Assembly (NCBI GenBank): GCA_041180025.1
Contig: JBEGSH010000073.1
Coordinates: 6,773 to 70,772, forward strand
DNA from: Pseudomonadota bacterium
Lineage (GTDB): Bacteria > Pseudomonadota > Gammaproteobacteria > Burkholderiales > Methylophilaceae
Direction: 5' to 3'
Length of the DNA stretch: 64,000 bases
The notes under the pieces were generated by a model that was given only the letters and a program-made list of their open reading frames with translations, searched no databases and was not told the DNA's origin. Each line of letters starts with the position of its first letter. Positions within the stretch are counted from its first letter, which is position 1. The translations under genes were made by a program, and so were the position numbers. Shown here piece by piece: positions 44,109 through 54,133 of this stretch.

Positions 44109-46409
44109 TTGTTTTTTAAAAAAAAATCAGAATCTACAAAAGCTAGCCAAACTCCACAAGATAACAAGCTGAGTGGGATTAAAAATAAGCTAACACGCGA
44201 AGCTTGGTGGTTAAGTTTAATTTTTTTAGGCTTTTATTTAACTATCACACTTGCGACGTACTCTAGCCAAGATCCTTCATGGTCTCATAGTGTCAGCGGT
44301 GCAAATTCAATTCATAATGCCGGTGGTATTATTGGTTCTTATTTGTCGGATTTGCTACTCTATATTTTCGGCTTATCAAGTTGGTGGTTAAGCTTTTTGT
44401 GTTTCTTTAGTATTTGGCTTCTTTACCCGCAATACAATAAAGAGTTAAAAGGCTATCGCTCTTTTTTACTTTTTAATTATTTTGGTTTCTTTCTTCTCAT
44501 CTCTAGTTCAGCTGCATTTGAGGCTGGCCATCTTGTTGATCTGCCGGCTCAATTTCCATTAAGCCAAGGGGGATTGCTCGGAAAATTATTTGATCATGCG
44601 TTGCGTGCATCTTTAGGTTATATAGGCTCAAGTATTTTTCTCATTACATCGATTGCGATCGGTTTTAGTCTATTTACAGGATGGTCATGGCTTAAAATTT
44701 CAGAGCATTTTGGCCACTTTACTTTTGCTTTATTTCAAAGAGCACAATTTAGATATAGAGATTGGCAAGATCGCAAACACGGAAGAATTATCGAGAAGCA
44801 AAGATTGGAGCTGCTTGAGAGTGAGCGAAGAAAATCTGAAAATAGATCGCCACTTAACATTGAACCTTCAGAAGTTGAAATTAAAAAAAGTGAGCGAGTT
44901 CAAAAAGAAAAACAAATTCCACTATTTAATTTTAGTGATAATTTATTACCCCCACTTCATCTTTTAGATCAACCCTCGCATCAGGTTGAACCTCAATCGC
45001 CAGAAACAATCGAGTTTATATCTCGACTTATTGAAAAAAAATTAATGGACTTTGGTATTGAAGCGAAGGTGATATCTGCTCAGCCAGGCCCTGTAATTAC
45101 ACGTTATGAGTTTGAGCCAGCGCCAGGTGTTAAAGGTAGTCAGGTGACCAACTTATCAAAAGATTTGGCACGCGCACTTTCTGTTGTGAGCGTTCGTGTG
45201 GTTGAAACAATTCCTGGTAAAACATGCATGGGATTAGAAATACCTAATCCTAAGAGACAGATTGTTTATTTGTCTGAAATTATGAGCTCTCAAATCTTTG
45301 CAGATACGAGCGCTTCACTCACGATTGCTTTGGGAAAAGATATTTCAGGCCGACCCGAGGTTGCTGATTTGTCGAAAATGCCACATGTATTAATTGCGGG
45401 TACCACAGGCTCAGGTAAATCAGTTGCAATCAATGCATTAATCTTAAGTTTGCTTTATAAAGCTAATTCTGAAAAAGTTAGGATGATTTTCATCGATCCT
45501 AAAATGCTCGAGTTATCAGTATATGAGGGCATTCCTCATTTATTAGCACCAGTTGTTACTGATATGCGCCAAGCTGCTAATGCATTAAATTGGTGTGTAG
45601 CTGAAATGGAAAGACGTTATAAGCTGATGTCGATGTTGGGCGTTAGAAATTTAGCTGGATACAACCAAAAAATTAAAGACAGTATTAAAGATGGCTCCCC
45701 AATTGCGGATCCTGTGAGTCCAGAAAATACTGAACCTTTATCTGAAATGCCGCTTATTGTCATTGTGATTGACGAACTTGCTGATCTAATGATGGTGGTA
45801 GGTAAAAAAATTGAAGAGCTTATTGCAAGACTTGCTCAAAAAGCGAGAGCTTCTGGCATTCATCTAGTATTAGCAACACAAAGACCTTCCGTTGATGTCA
45901 TTACAGGGCTTATTAAAGCTAACATTCCTGCAAGAATTGCATTCCAAGTCTCTAGCAAAATCGATTCTCGAACAATTTTAGATCAAATGGGCGCTGAAAC
46001 ACTCCTTGGGCAAGGGGATATGTTATATCAGCCAGCAGGCTCAGGCTATCCTCAAAGAATTCATGGTGCATTTGTGTCTGACCAAGAGGTTCATAAAGTA
46101 GTGAGTTATCTTAAGTCGCATGGCGAACCTAATTATATTGAAGGTATTTTAACTAACGAAACTTCAGAGAGCGGTGATTACGGCGACTCTTCTTCTAATT
46201 TCTCTGGCGAGAAAGATCCGCTTTATGATGAAGCTGTGGAGTTAATATTACGAACTAGAAAACCCTCCATCTCTTCAGTGCAAAGACATCTCCGCATTGG
46301 TTATAACCGTGCCGCAAGAATTATTGAAGATATGGAAAGAGCTGGGCTCGTTTCCGCTATGCAAAGTAATGGCAATAGAGACATCCTAGCTCCCAATCAA
46401 AATGAATAA
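44109..46409 (+). CDS. ftsK: DNA translocase FtsK (start uncertain: TTG 44109 or 44058)
   Basis: DPSWS..N.GG..G N-terminal TM domain, [29 protein letters not shown] and gamma domain RIGYNRAA. Confidence 0.97.
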   Translation: MFFKKKSESTKASQTPQDNKLSGIKNKLTREAWWLSLIFLGFYLTITLATYSSQDPSWSHSVSGANSIHNAGGIIGSYLSDLLLYIFGLSSWWLSFLCFFSIWLLYPQYNKELKGYRSFLLFNYFGFFLLISSSAAFEAGHLVDLPAQFPLSQGGLLGKLFDHALRASLGYIGSSIFLITSIAIGFSLFTGWSWLKISEHFGHFTFALFQRAQFRYRDWQDRKHGRIIEKQRLELLESERRKSENRSPLNIEPSEVEIKKSERVQKEKQIPLFNFSDNLLPPLHLLDQPSHQVEPQSPETIEFISRLIEKKLMDFGIEAKVISAQPGPVITRYEFEPAPGVKGSQVTNLSKDLARALSVVSVRVVETIPGKTCMGLEIPNPKRQIVYLSEIMSSQIFADTSASLTIALGKDISGRPEVADLSKMPHVLIAGTTGSGKSVAINALILSLLYKANSEKVRMIFIDPKMLELSVYEGIPHLLAPVVTDMRQAANALNWCVAEMERRYKLMSMLGVRNLAGYNQKIKDSIKDGSPIADPVSPENTEPLSEMPLIVIVIDELADLMMVVGKKIEELIARLAQKARASGIHLVLATQRPSVDVITGLIKANIPARIAFQVSSKIDSRTILDQMGAETLLGQGDMLYQPAGSGYPQRIHGAFVSDQEVHKVVSYLKSHGEPNYIEGILTNETSESGDYGDSSSNFSGEKDPLYDEAVELILRTRKPSISSVQRHLRIGYNRAARIIEDMERAGLVSAMQSNGNRDILAPNQNE

Positions 46410-47406
46410 AATCTTTTTTGCTTTTTTAATTCTCTCATTTAATGTTATTGCAGACGGCATTTCAGATTTAAATGCTTTTGTGAATAACGTTTCAAGCATG
46501 TCTTCTGAATTTAGTCAGGTTGTTTTGGATAAGAAAGGCTTAAAACTTCAGGACGTAGAAGGCGTTATGTTATTTAAAAGACCTAATAAATTTAGGTGGG
46601 ATTATTTAAAGCCTTATCAAAATCAAATTATCAGTGATGGCGATCGACTCTTTATGTACGATCAAGATCTAAGACAAGTTTCTATTAATCCTATAGCCAA
46701 AGTTGCGGGATCAACACCACTTCTCATTATTGCAGGCAAAAATATTGAAAAATATTTTACGCTCAGAAATATAGAAGACCAGGTCGCCAATGAAATGAAC
46801 CAAAATATTAAATGGGTCGAAGCAGTTCCTAAAGAAGAGGGGGCTGGTTTTAGCAAAGTCATACTTGGATTAACTGAAAATAAATTATCAGTGATGAAAA
46901 TTATTGATGCATTTGAACATACCACAACGATTAGTTTTAAAAATGCAAAATACAATGTGATCCTAGTAGACAATGATTTTTTATTTAAACTGCCAACTGG
47001 TGTCGATGTTGTACAAAATGGCGTAGCCTCTAATAATTCATCATCTACAAAACCTACTAATAATAAAGATGCAGAGCTGATTGCATTTGCGAATAGTTGG
47101 GTAAGTGCTTGGTCAGCCAAAGACATTGGAGTTTACTTAAGTAAGTATGCCGAAGATTTTAAAACACCCAACGGTGATGCATTAGCTTTATGGCAAGCTT
47201 CAAGAAAACAAAAAATCTTATCACAAGGAAAAATTCTTGTTGAAATTGAAGATATAAAAGTGAGTATGAAAAATGAAAATCTGGCCCGCATACAATTTAA
47301 ACAGAAATATACTTCTGATAAATTAACTGAAGACTCTAACAAATCCCTTTTAGTCAAAAAAATAGATGGTAAATGGCTTATTCAAGAAGAGACTTCAGGT
47401 AAATAG
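46402..47406 (+). CDS. lolA: Lipoprotein chaperone LolA fused to an extra C-terminal NTF2-like domain
   Basis: Signal peptide, [28 protein letters not shown] and F.LP.GVDV. This is followed by a Ser/Asn linker and a ~110-aa W.SAW..KD...Y...Y...F...QKY.S...W.I..E domain. ftsK-lolA-rarA synteny. Confidence 0.9.
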   Translation: MNKIFFAFLILSFNVIADGISDLNAFVNNVSSMSSEFSQVVLDKKGLKLQDVEGVMLFKRPNKFRWDYLKPYQNQIISDGDRLFMYDQDLRQVSINPIAKVAGSTPLLIIAGKNIEKYFTLRNIEDQVANEMNQNIKWVEAVPKEEGAGFSKVILGLTENKLSVMKIIDAFEHTTTISFKNAKYNVILVDNDFLFKLPTGVDVVQNGVASNNSSSTKPTNNKDAELIAFANSWVSAWSAKDIGVYLSKYAEDFKTPNGDALALWQASRKQKILSQGKILVEIEDIKVSMKNENLARIQFKQKYTSDKLTEDSNKSLLVKKIDGKWLIQEETSGK

Positions 47407-47411
47407 CGCTC

Positions 47412-48716
47412 ATGAACCAAATGTTTGAACCTAATCAATCCCAATTACCTCTCGCTGAGTATTTAAGGCCTAAATCTGTCAGTGAAATTGCAGGACAAAA
47501 ACATATTTTAGGTGAAGGTAAGTCATTACGCGTCGCAATAGAATCAGGGAATCTACCGTCCATGATTCTTTGGGGGCCGCCAGGAGTTGGAAAAACAACG
47601 ATTGCACGTGTGATTGCCAATTCCATTGATGCTGAGTTTATATCTGTGTCCGCAGTATTGTCTGGCGTTAAAGACATTCGAGAGGCTATAGATAAAGCAC
47701 AGCTTAATTTACAACAATATAATAAGAAGACAATTCTATTTGTAGATGAAGTTCATCGATTTAATAAAAGTCAACAAGATGCATTTTTGCCGCATGTCGA
47801 ATCAGGGCTCATTACTTTTATTGGAGCGACAACTGAAAATCCATCTTTTGAAGTTAACTCTGCTTTATTAAGTCGATCCCAAGTCTACGTTTTAAAAATG
47901 CTGGATCAAGAAGACCTTCTTTTGATCTATGAAAAAGCAAAAAATTATATTGCGCCAGATATTGAAGTAGATGAAGAAGCTAGACAAGAAATTATTGGTC
48001 ATATCAATGGCGATGCTAGACGTTTGCTTAATTTCTTAGAATTACTTTTTAATACAGCCACATCTTTAAAAGTAAATAAAATTGATCAAGATTTTTTAAA
48101 GAAAACGATTACGAGCAAAGTAAGACGCTTTGATAAAGGCGGAGATCAATTTTACGATCAAATCTCAGCGCTTCATAAATCTGTGAGAGGCTCTGATCCG
48201 AATGCAGCTCTGTATTGGCTCCATCGTATGCTGGATGGGGGTGCTGATCCACTTTATTTGGCAAGAAGAATTGTTCGTATTGCAATTGAGGATATAGGGT
48301 TAGCTGATCCGAAGGCACAAACCATGGCTTTAGAGGCCTATCAAATTTATGAGCGTTTAGGTTCGCCTGAGGGTGAGTTAGCGCTTTCAAATGCGGTGAT
48401 TTACTTATCTATTGCGGCTAAAAGTAATGCAGCCTATATGGCCTTTAATGAAGTGAAAGCATTTGTAGGCGATGGTGATAATAGCGATGTGCCTGTACAT
48501 CTTCGAAATGCTCCAACTAAGCTTATGAAAGAATTAGATTACGGTAAAAATTATCGATATGCCCATAACGAACCCGATGCGTATGCGTCAGGTGAAAAAT
48601 ATTTTCCAGATAATTTAGAACCTATTGAATTTTATAAGCCTACAACTCGAGGATTAGAGAGTAAAATTCTTGAAAAAATGAATTATTTAAAATCTCAGGA
48701 CAAGCAAAAGAAATAG
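47412..48716 (+). CDS. rarA: Replication-associated recombination protein A (MgsA/RarA)
   Basis: [49 protein letters not shown]. Confidence 0.97.
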   Translation: MNQMFEPNQSQLPLAEYLRPKSVSEIAGQKHILGEGKSLRVAIESGNLPSMILWGPPGVGKTTIARVIANSIDAEFISVSAVLSGVKDIREAIDKAQLNLQQYNKKTILFVDEVHRFNKSQQDAFLPHVESGLITFIGATTENPSFEVNSALLSRSQVYVLKMLDQEDLLLIYEKAKNYIAPDIEVDEEARQEIIGHINGDARRLLNFLELLFNTATSLKVNKIDQDFLKKTITSKVRRFDKGGDQFYDQISALHKSVRGSDPNAALYWLHRMLDGGADPLYLARRIVRIAIEDIGLADPKAQTMALEAYQIYERLGSPEGELALSNAVIYLSIAAKSNAAYMAFNEVKAFVGDGDNSDVPVHLRNAPTKLMKELDYGKNYRYAHNEPDAYASGEKYFPDNLEPIEFYKPTTRGLESKILEKMNYLKSQDKQKK

Positions 48717-48723
48717 GGTATTT

Positions 48724-49992
48724 ATGATAGATATTCAGTTATTAAGAAATGATATTGAATTTGTTAAACAAAAGCTTTCAAGTCGAGGCTTTGATCTTGA
48801 TTTAAGCACTTTTCAGTCATTGGAAAATGTAAGAAAAGAACTGCAAGTAAAGACGCAAGATCTTCAAGAAAAAAGAAACTCTATTTCAAAAGAAATAGGC
48901 ATTGCGAAATCTAAGAATGAGAATACTGATTTACTTATGAAAAGCGTCAATGCTATTTCTGATGATTTAAAAGCAGGTGAGTCAGAATTGGCTGAGCTAC
49001 AAGAAAAAATTAATCAGTTTATGCTGAATCTTCCTAATATTCCGCACGAATCTACTCCTCTAGGTAAGTCTGAAGCCGATAACAAAATAGTTAAGACGGT
49101 AGGTGAGCCTAGAAAATTTACTTTTAAAGTTAAAGACCATGTTGATGTGGGTGCAAATCATGGACTTAATTTTGATTTAGGTGCAAAGCTTTCTGGGGCT
49201 CGTTTTGTAGTAATGGAAGGTAAGCTTGCAAGGCTGCATCGCGCTATTGCGCAATACATGCTCGATACTCAAACAGAGAAACACGGATATAAAGAATGTT
49301 ATACGCCTTATTTAGTGAATAGCGAGACACTAATAGGCACAGGACAGCTCCCTAAGTTCGAAGCTGATCTTTTTAGCCTTTCACACAATGAAAGTAAATT
49401 ATATTTAATTCCAACTTCTGAAGTGACGCTAACAAATTTTGTTCGAGATGAAGTTGTTAAACAGTCTGATCTTCCTATTAAATTAACCGCACATACGCCA
49501 TGCTTTAGGTCAGAAGCCGGATCATATGGAAAAGACACACGCGGTATGATTAGGCAGCATCAATTTGATAAAGTTGAAATGGTTCAGATTGTGCATCCTG
49601 ATAAAAGTTACGAAGCATTAGAAGAGATGGTTTCGCATGCTGAGTTTATCTTGACTTCATTAGAGCTTCCATATCGATTGTTGTCATTATGTACAGGTGA
49701 TATGGGCTTTGGCGCAGCAAAAACTTTTGATTTGGAAGTTTGGCTTCCATCACAAAATACATATCGTGAAATTTCATCTGTTTCAAATTGTGAAGCTTTC
49801 CAAGCTAGGCGATTAAAAGCTAGATTTAAAAGTGAAGATGGAAAGAATTTATTTCTTCATACATTAAATGGTTCTGGATTGGCTGTTGGTAGAACCTTGG
49901 TTGCAGTTATTGAAAACTATCAGAACGAAGATGGCAGTATTACGATACCCAAAGTATTGATTCCTTATATGGGAGGTATTGAAAAGATCTAG
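48724..49992 (+). CDS. serS: Seryl-tRNA synthetase
   Basis: N-terminal coiled coil, [42 protein letters not shown]. Confidence 0.98.
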   Translation: MIDIQLLRNDIEFVKQKLSSRGFDLDLSTFQSLENVRKELQVKTQDLQEKRNSISKEIGIAKSKNENTDLLMKSVNAISDDLKAGESELAELQEKINQFMLNLPNIPHESTPLGKSEADNKIVKTVGEPRKFTFKVKDHVDVGANHGLNFDLGAKLSGARFVVMEGKLARLHRAIAQYMLDTQTEKHGYKECYTPYLVNSETLIGTGQLPKFEADLFSLSHNESKLYLIPTSEVTLTNFVRDEVVKQSDLPIKLTAHTPCFRSEAGSYGKDTRGMIRQHQFDKVEMVQIVHPDKSYEALEEMVSHAEFILTSLELPYRLLSLCTGDMGFGAAKTFDLEVWLPSQNTYREISSVSNCEAFQARRLKARFKSEDGKNLFLHTLNGSGLAVGRTLVAVIENYQNEDGSITIPKVLIPYMGGIEKI

Positions 49993-50663
49993 CTTCTCCA
50001 AATTTCACGAACATTTCCATTGTGGCTAATTAGAGCGCCATGAGCCAAATTGTAAAAAATACCATGTTCTACAATGCCAGGTGTTAGTGAAAGTAAGTTA
50101 TTTAAGTTTTCACTACTCTTTTCAGCAAAATTAAAATCAAGCACAAAATTTCCACATGAAGTAATGGCATAACCATCTTTTGCTGCATTGATTCTAATAT
50201 CCCCTGTACCTTTTTTCATCAAGACATTTTTTACAAGTTCCCAGGCGAATGGATGAACTTCTGAGGGGACGGGGAAATTATCTCCAATATTTTTAACGAT
50301 TTTAGATTCATCCGCAATAACGATAAATTTTCTGGCTGCACGTGCAAGTAGCTTTTCTCGAACGAGATCATAACCACGCCCTTTAAGTAAAGTAAGGTCA
50401 GGTGTAATTTCATCTGCGCCATCAATATAAAGATCAATTTCTTTTATTTGATCCATTGATAAGAGAGGTAAACCAGCTTCTTTCGCTTTAATCATACTTA
50501 CAACAGAGCTTGAGACCGCTCTTACATTTAATTTTTCTTCTTTATTTCGTTTAGCTAAAGCGTCGATAAAGAAGTTAGCAGTAGAGCCGGTGCCTAAGCC
50601 CACAATCATATTTTCACTAACATATTGTAAAGCTTGATGTGCGACTAATTCTTTATCGTTCAT
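49989..50663 (-). CDS. rpiA: Ribose-5-phosphate isomerase A (likely start ATG 50663 after GAGGG)
   Basis: GLGTGST, IDGADEI, KGRG...[12 protein letters not shown]. Confidence 0.95.
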   Translation of the reverse strand: MNDKELVAHQALQYVSENMIVGLGTGSTANFFIDALAKRNKEEKLNVRAVSSSVVSMIKAKEAGLPLLSMDQIKEIDLYIDGADEITPDLTLLKGRGYDLVREKLLARAARKFIVIADESKIVKNIGDNFPVPSEVHPFAWELVKNVLMKKGTGDIRINAAKDGYAITSCGNFVLDFNFAEKSSENLNNLLSLTPGIVEHGIFYNLAHGALISHNGNVREIWRS

Positions 50664-50722
50664 GATATTCCCTCTCAATGAATGCAGCCTTTAAAGCTTA
50701 TAATATTGGTAATCATTTATAC

Positions 50723-53700
50723 ATGCAATATATGTCAATAGAAGCAAATAATCAAAATAAAGAATCATTATCAATCGTAAATATTGATGGCTCAGATAGC
50801 TATTCTTTAGCTCGATATATTCAAGATGAAATTATTAAGAATAAAAAATACCTAGCTATTTTTACTGAGACTGCATTCGAAGCAAGACGTCTCATGGAAG
50901 AAATGCTTTGGTTTAGTCCAAATTTAAAAATTAATCTTTTGCCTGATTGGGAAACGCTTCCTTATGATCATTTTTCTCCTCACCCTGATCTAATTTCCGA
51001 GAGACTCCTTACACTCTACCAAGTTACTCAGAAAAGTTTTGATGTGGTTATTATCCCTGTAACAACTGCGCTACATTTATTGCCACCCAAGAGTTATATT
51101 CAGCAATTTAGCTTTCATTTTGCCAAAGGCCAAAAAGTAGATATTGAAGCTTTTAAAAATCAACTAACACTAAACGGTTATATGAATGTTGTTCGCGTAA
51201 TGGCTCCAGGCGAGTTTTCAGTGAGAGGCAGTTTAATTGATTTATTTCCCATGGGAAGCATAGTTCCATATCGTTTAGATTTTTTTGATGATGAGATTGA
51301 TTCTATTCGAACATTCGATGTTGATTCACAAAGAACACTTTATCCTGTAAATGAAATTAAATTACTTCCTGCGCGAGAATGTCCGATGGATGAAAAATCA
51401 ATCAGTACATTTAGACAAAATTACCGAGAACGCTTTGAAGGAGATCCATCTCGCTCTTCGATCTATAAAGACATTAGTAAAGGGATTCCTATAGGCGGTA
51501 TTGAATGGTATATGCCCTTATTTTTCGATGAGATGAGTGATATTTTTAGCTATTTCTCGGATAACACTATTATTTATAAGCACGGTAACCTTGATCATGC
51601 ATGTAATCATTTTTGGCAAGAAACTGAGAAACGCTTTCGATTATTTGCTTATGATGCCGAACGTCCAATATTAGAACCTAAAGATCTTTTACTTAAATCA
51701 GATCAATTTTTCAAATCTATTAATGCATATAAAAAATTCGATTTAAAAAGGCCAGAAATATTCGAGAAAATTCCAGATGTATCAATTGATCGAAAAAATA
51801 TTCAGCCTTTAGCAAAGCTTGATCAATTTATCTCCGAAAACTCCAAAAGAATTTTTATTTTAGCTGATAGCTTAGGTCGCCGAGAAACCGTTTCTGAGCT
51901 TTTAAAAATAGGTGGCATCAAGTTTAAATCTGCAGATGATTGGTCAGAATCTTTAAATATGAATGATCAAGTTGTATTAACAGTAAGCCCAGTTCATCAA
52001 GGCTATATTTCATCAGAGCATATTGTAATTACAGAGTCTGAGCTTTATGTGAATACTGTTCGGCAATCAAAAAGGCGTCAACGCGATAAGAACTTTTCAA
52101 GTGATGCACTGGTGCGTGACTTATCAGAGCTAAAAGATGGTGATCCGATTGTTCATGAACAATATGGTGTTGGACGATTTAGGGGATTATTTAATTTAGA
52201 TTTCGGTGAAGGTGAAAGTGAATTTTTACTTCTAGAGTATTTTGGTGACGATAAACTTTACGTTCCTGTATCTAATTTAGATCTTATCTCCCGCTATTCT
52301 GGAGGGCCAGCAGAAACTGCGCCACTTCATAAGTTAGGTTCTGATCAATGGGATAAAGCAAAGAAGAAAGCTTTAAAACAGATTCATGATACTGCAGCTG
52401 ATCTTCTAAATATTTATTCTCAAAGATCTATTAAAAAAGGTTATGCCTTTAAGATTAACTTACAAGACTATGAAAGATTCACAGATGGATTCCCGTTTGA
52501 AGAAACTGAAGATCAATTAACAGCAATCAATGCAGTCATCAATGATATGGAATCTCAAAAGCCTATGGATCGTCTTATATGTGGTGATGTAGGATTCGGT
52601 AAAACAGAGGTGGCATTAAGAGCTGCCTTTATTGCAGCGAACGATGGTAAACAAGTCGCAATATTAGTACCTACAACACTTCTTGCTGAGCAGCACTACA
52701 ATAATTTTATGGATCGTTTTTCAGATTCCCCCATCAAGATTGCTGAAATTTCTCGTTTTAAATCTAAAAAGGAACAAGCTGAGTCACTTATAAAATTAGC
52801 AAATGGTGAAATTGATATCATCATTGGTACACATAGGCTTATTCAAAATGACATTAAATTTAAAAATTTAGGTTTGATTATTATTGATGAAGAACACCGT
52901 TTCGGGGTGCGCCAAAAAGAATTACTTAAGGCAATGCGTGCGGAAGTTGATGTCTTAACTCTTACGGCAACACCTATTCCTCGAACACTATCTATGGCTA
53001 TGGAAGGCCTGAGAGAATTTTCCATAATTTCCACACCCCCTCAGAAACGCTTATCAATTAAAACATTCGTAAATAATTATTCGGAAGGTATTATTCGCGA
53101 AGCAGTTTTAAGGGAATTTAATCGAGGCGGCCAAGTTTATTTCTTGCATAACGATGTTGACACTATTCTTTCAATGAAAGAAAAATTAGAAAAATTAATA
53201 CCTGAAGCAAGAATTGAAATTGCTCATGGACAAATGCGAGAGCGGGAACTTGAAAGAGTTATGCATGATTTTTATCAACAAAAAGCTAATATTTTGCTTT
53301 GCACAACAATTATTGAAACGGGCATAGATATTCCTTCAGCGAATACAATTATTATGAATCGCGCAGACATGTTTGGATTAGCGCAACTTCATCAACTGAG
53401 GGGTAGGGTAGGAAGATCTCATCATCAAGCATACGCTTATTTACTTGTTGATCCCGACAGAAAAATTAGTGGCCATGCTCAAAAACGATTAGAAGCTATT
53501 CAACTTTTAGAGGATTTAGGGGCTGGATATTATCTTGCCATTCATGATTTGGAAATTCGTGGCGCCGGAGAGCTTCTAGGGGATAATCAGAGCGGCCAAA
53601 TGCACGAAATTGGATTCAATCTTTATGTGGACATGTTGAACTATGCTGTTAAGCAACTCAAACTAGGCAAAAAATTAAGTCTCGATAATCCACTCCAAAA

Positions 53701-54133
53701 AAATACCGAAATTAACCTGCATACACCAGCTATTATTACAAATAGTTATTGTGGTGATATCAATGAAAGACTTGTGCTTTATAAACGATTATCAGGACTC
53801 AATGATCATGAGGGGTTAATGGAAATGAAAGAGGAGTTGATAGATCGTTTTGGTGTCATGCCTGAGCAAACGCAATCACTTATTTCTTTTCATGATTTAA
53901 GAATTTTCATTCAACATCTCGACATTAAAAAAATAGATGCTAGTGACACTTCAATTCAAATTACCTTTGCAAGCGACAGTAAAATGGACCCACTAAAGCT
54001 TATTAAACTTCTGAGTGAGGATAAGCGGTGTCGCATGAATGGCCCGGATAAAATTAAAATAGGTGTCACGATTATTGATATTTTAGAAAGAGTTAAATTC
54101 ATTAAAGATTTTTTGAAAAAAATTTCAATCTAA
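50723..54133 (+). CDS. mfd: Transcription-repair coupling factor (start uncertain: 50723 or 50732)
   Basis: PDWETLPYD, RID domain VH..YGVGRF, CGDVGFGKTEVA, DEEHRFGV, QLRGRVGR, DLEIRGAGELLG. Confidence 0.97.
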   Translation: MQYMSIEANNQNKESLSIVNIDGSDSYSLARYIQDEIIKNKKYLAIFTETAFEARRLMEEMLWFSPNLKINLLPDWETLPYDHFSPHPDLISERLLTLYQVTQKSFDVVIIPVTTALHLLPPKSYIQQFSFHFAKGQKVDIEAFKNQLTLNGYMNVVRVMAPGEFSVRGSLIDLFPMGSIVPYRLDFFDDEIDSIRTFDVDSQRTLYPVNEIKLLPARECPMDEKSISTFRQNYRERFEGDPSRSSIYKDISKGIPIGGIEWYMPLFFDEMSDIFSYFSDNTIIYKHGNLDHACNHFWQETEKRFRLFAYDAERPILEPKDLLLKSDQFFKSINAYKKFDLKRPEIFEKIPDVSIDRKNIQPLAKLDQFISENSKRIFILADSLGRRETVSELLKIGGIKFKSADDWSESLNMNDQVVLTVSPVHQGYISSEHIVITESELYVNTVRQSKRRQRDKNFSSDALVRDLSELKDGDPIVHEQYGVGRFRGLFNLDFGEGESEFLLLEYFGDDKLYVPVSNLDLISRYSGGPAETAPLHKLGSDQWDKAKKKALKQIHDTAADLLNIYSQRSIKKGYAFKINLQDYERFTDGFPFEETEDQLTAINAVINDMESQKPMDRLICGDVGFGKTEVALRAAFIAANDGKQVAILVPTTLLAEQHYNNFMDRFSDSPIKIAEISRFKSKKEQAESLIKLANGEIDIIIGTHRLIQNDIKFKNLGLIIIDEEHRFGVRQKELLKAMRAEVDVLTLTATPIPRTLSMAMEGLREFSIISTPPQKRLSIKTFVNNYSEGIIREAVLREFNRGGQVYFLHNDVDTILSMKEKLEKLIPEARIEIAHGQMRERELERVMHDFYQQKANILLCTTIIETGIDIPSANTIIMNRADMFGLAQLHQLRGRVGRSHHQAYAYLLVDPDRKISGHAQKRLEAIQLLEDLGAGYYLAIHDLEIRGAGELLGDNQSGQMHEIGFNLYVDMLNYAVKQLKLGKKLSLDNPLQKNTEINLHTPAIITNSYCGDINERLVLYKRLSGLNDHEGLMEMKEELIDRFGVMPEQTQSLISFHDLRIFIQHLDIKKIDASDTSIQITFASDSKMDPLKLIKLLSEDKRCRMNGPDKIKIGVTIIDILERVKFIKDFLKKISI

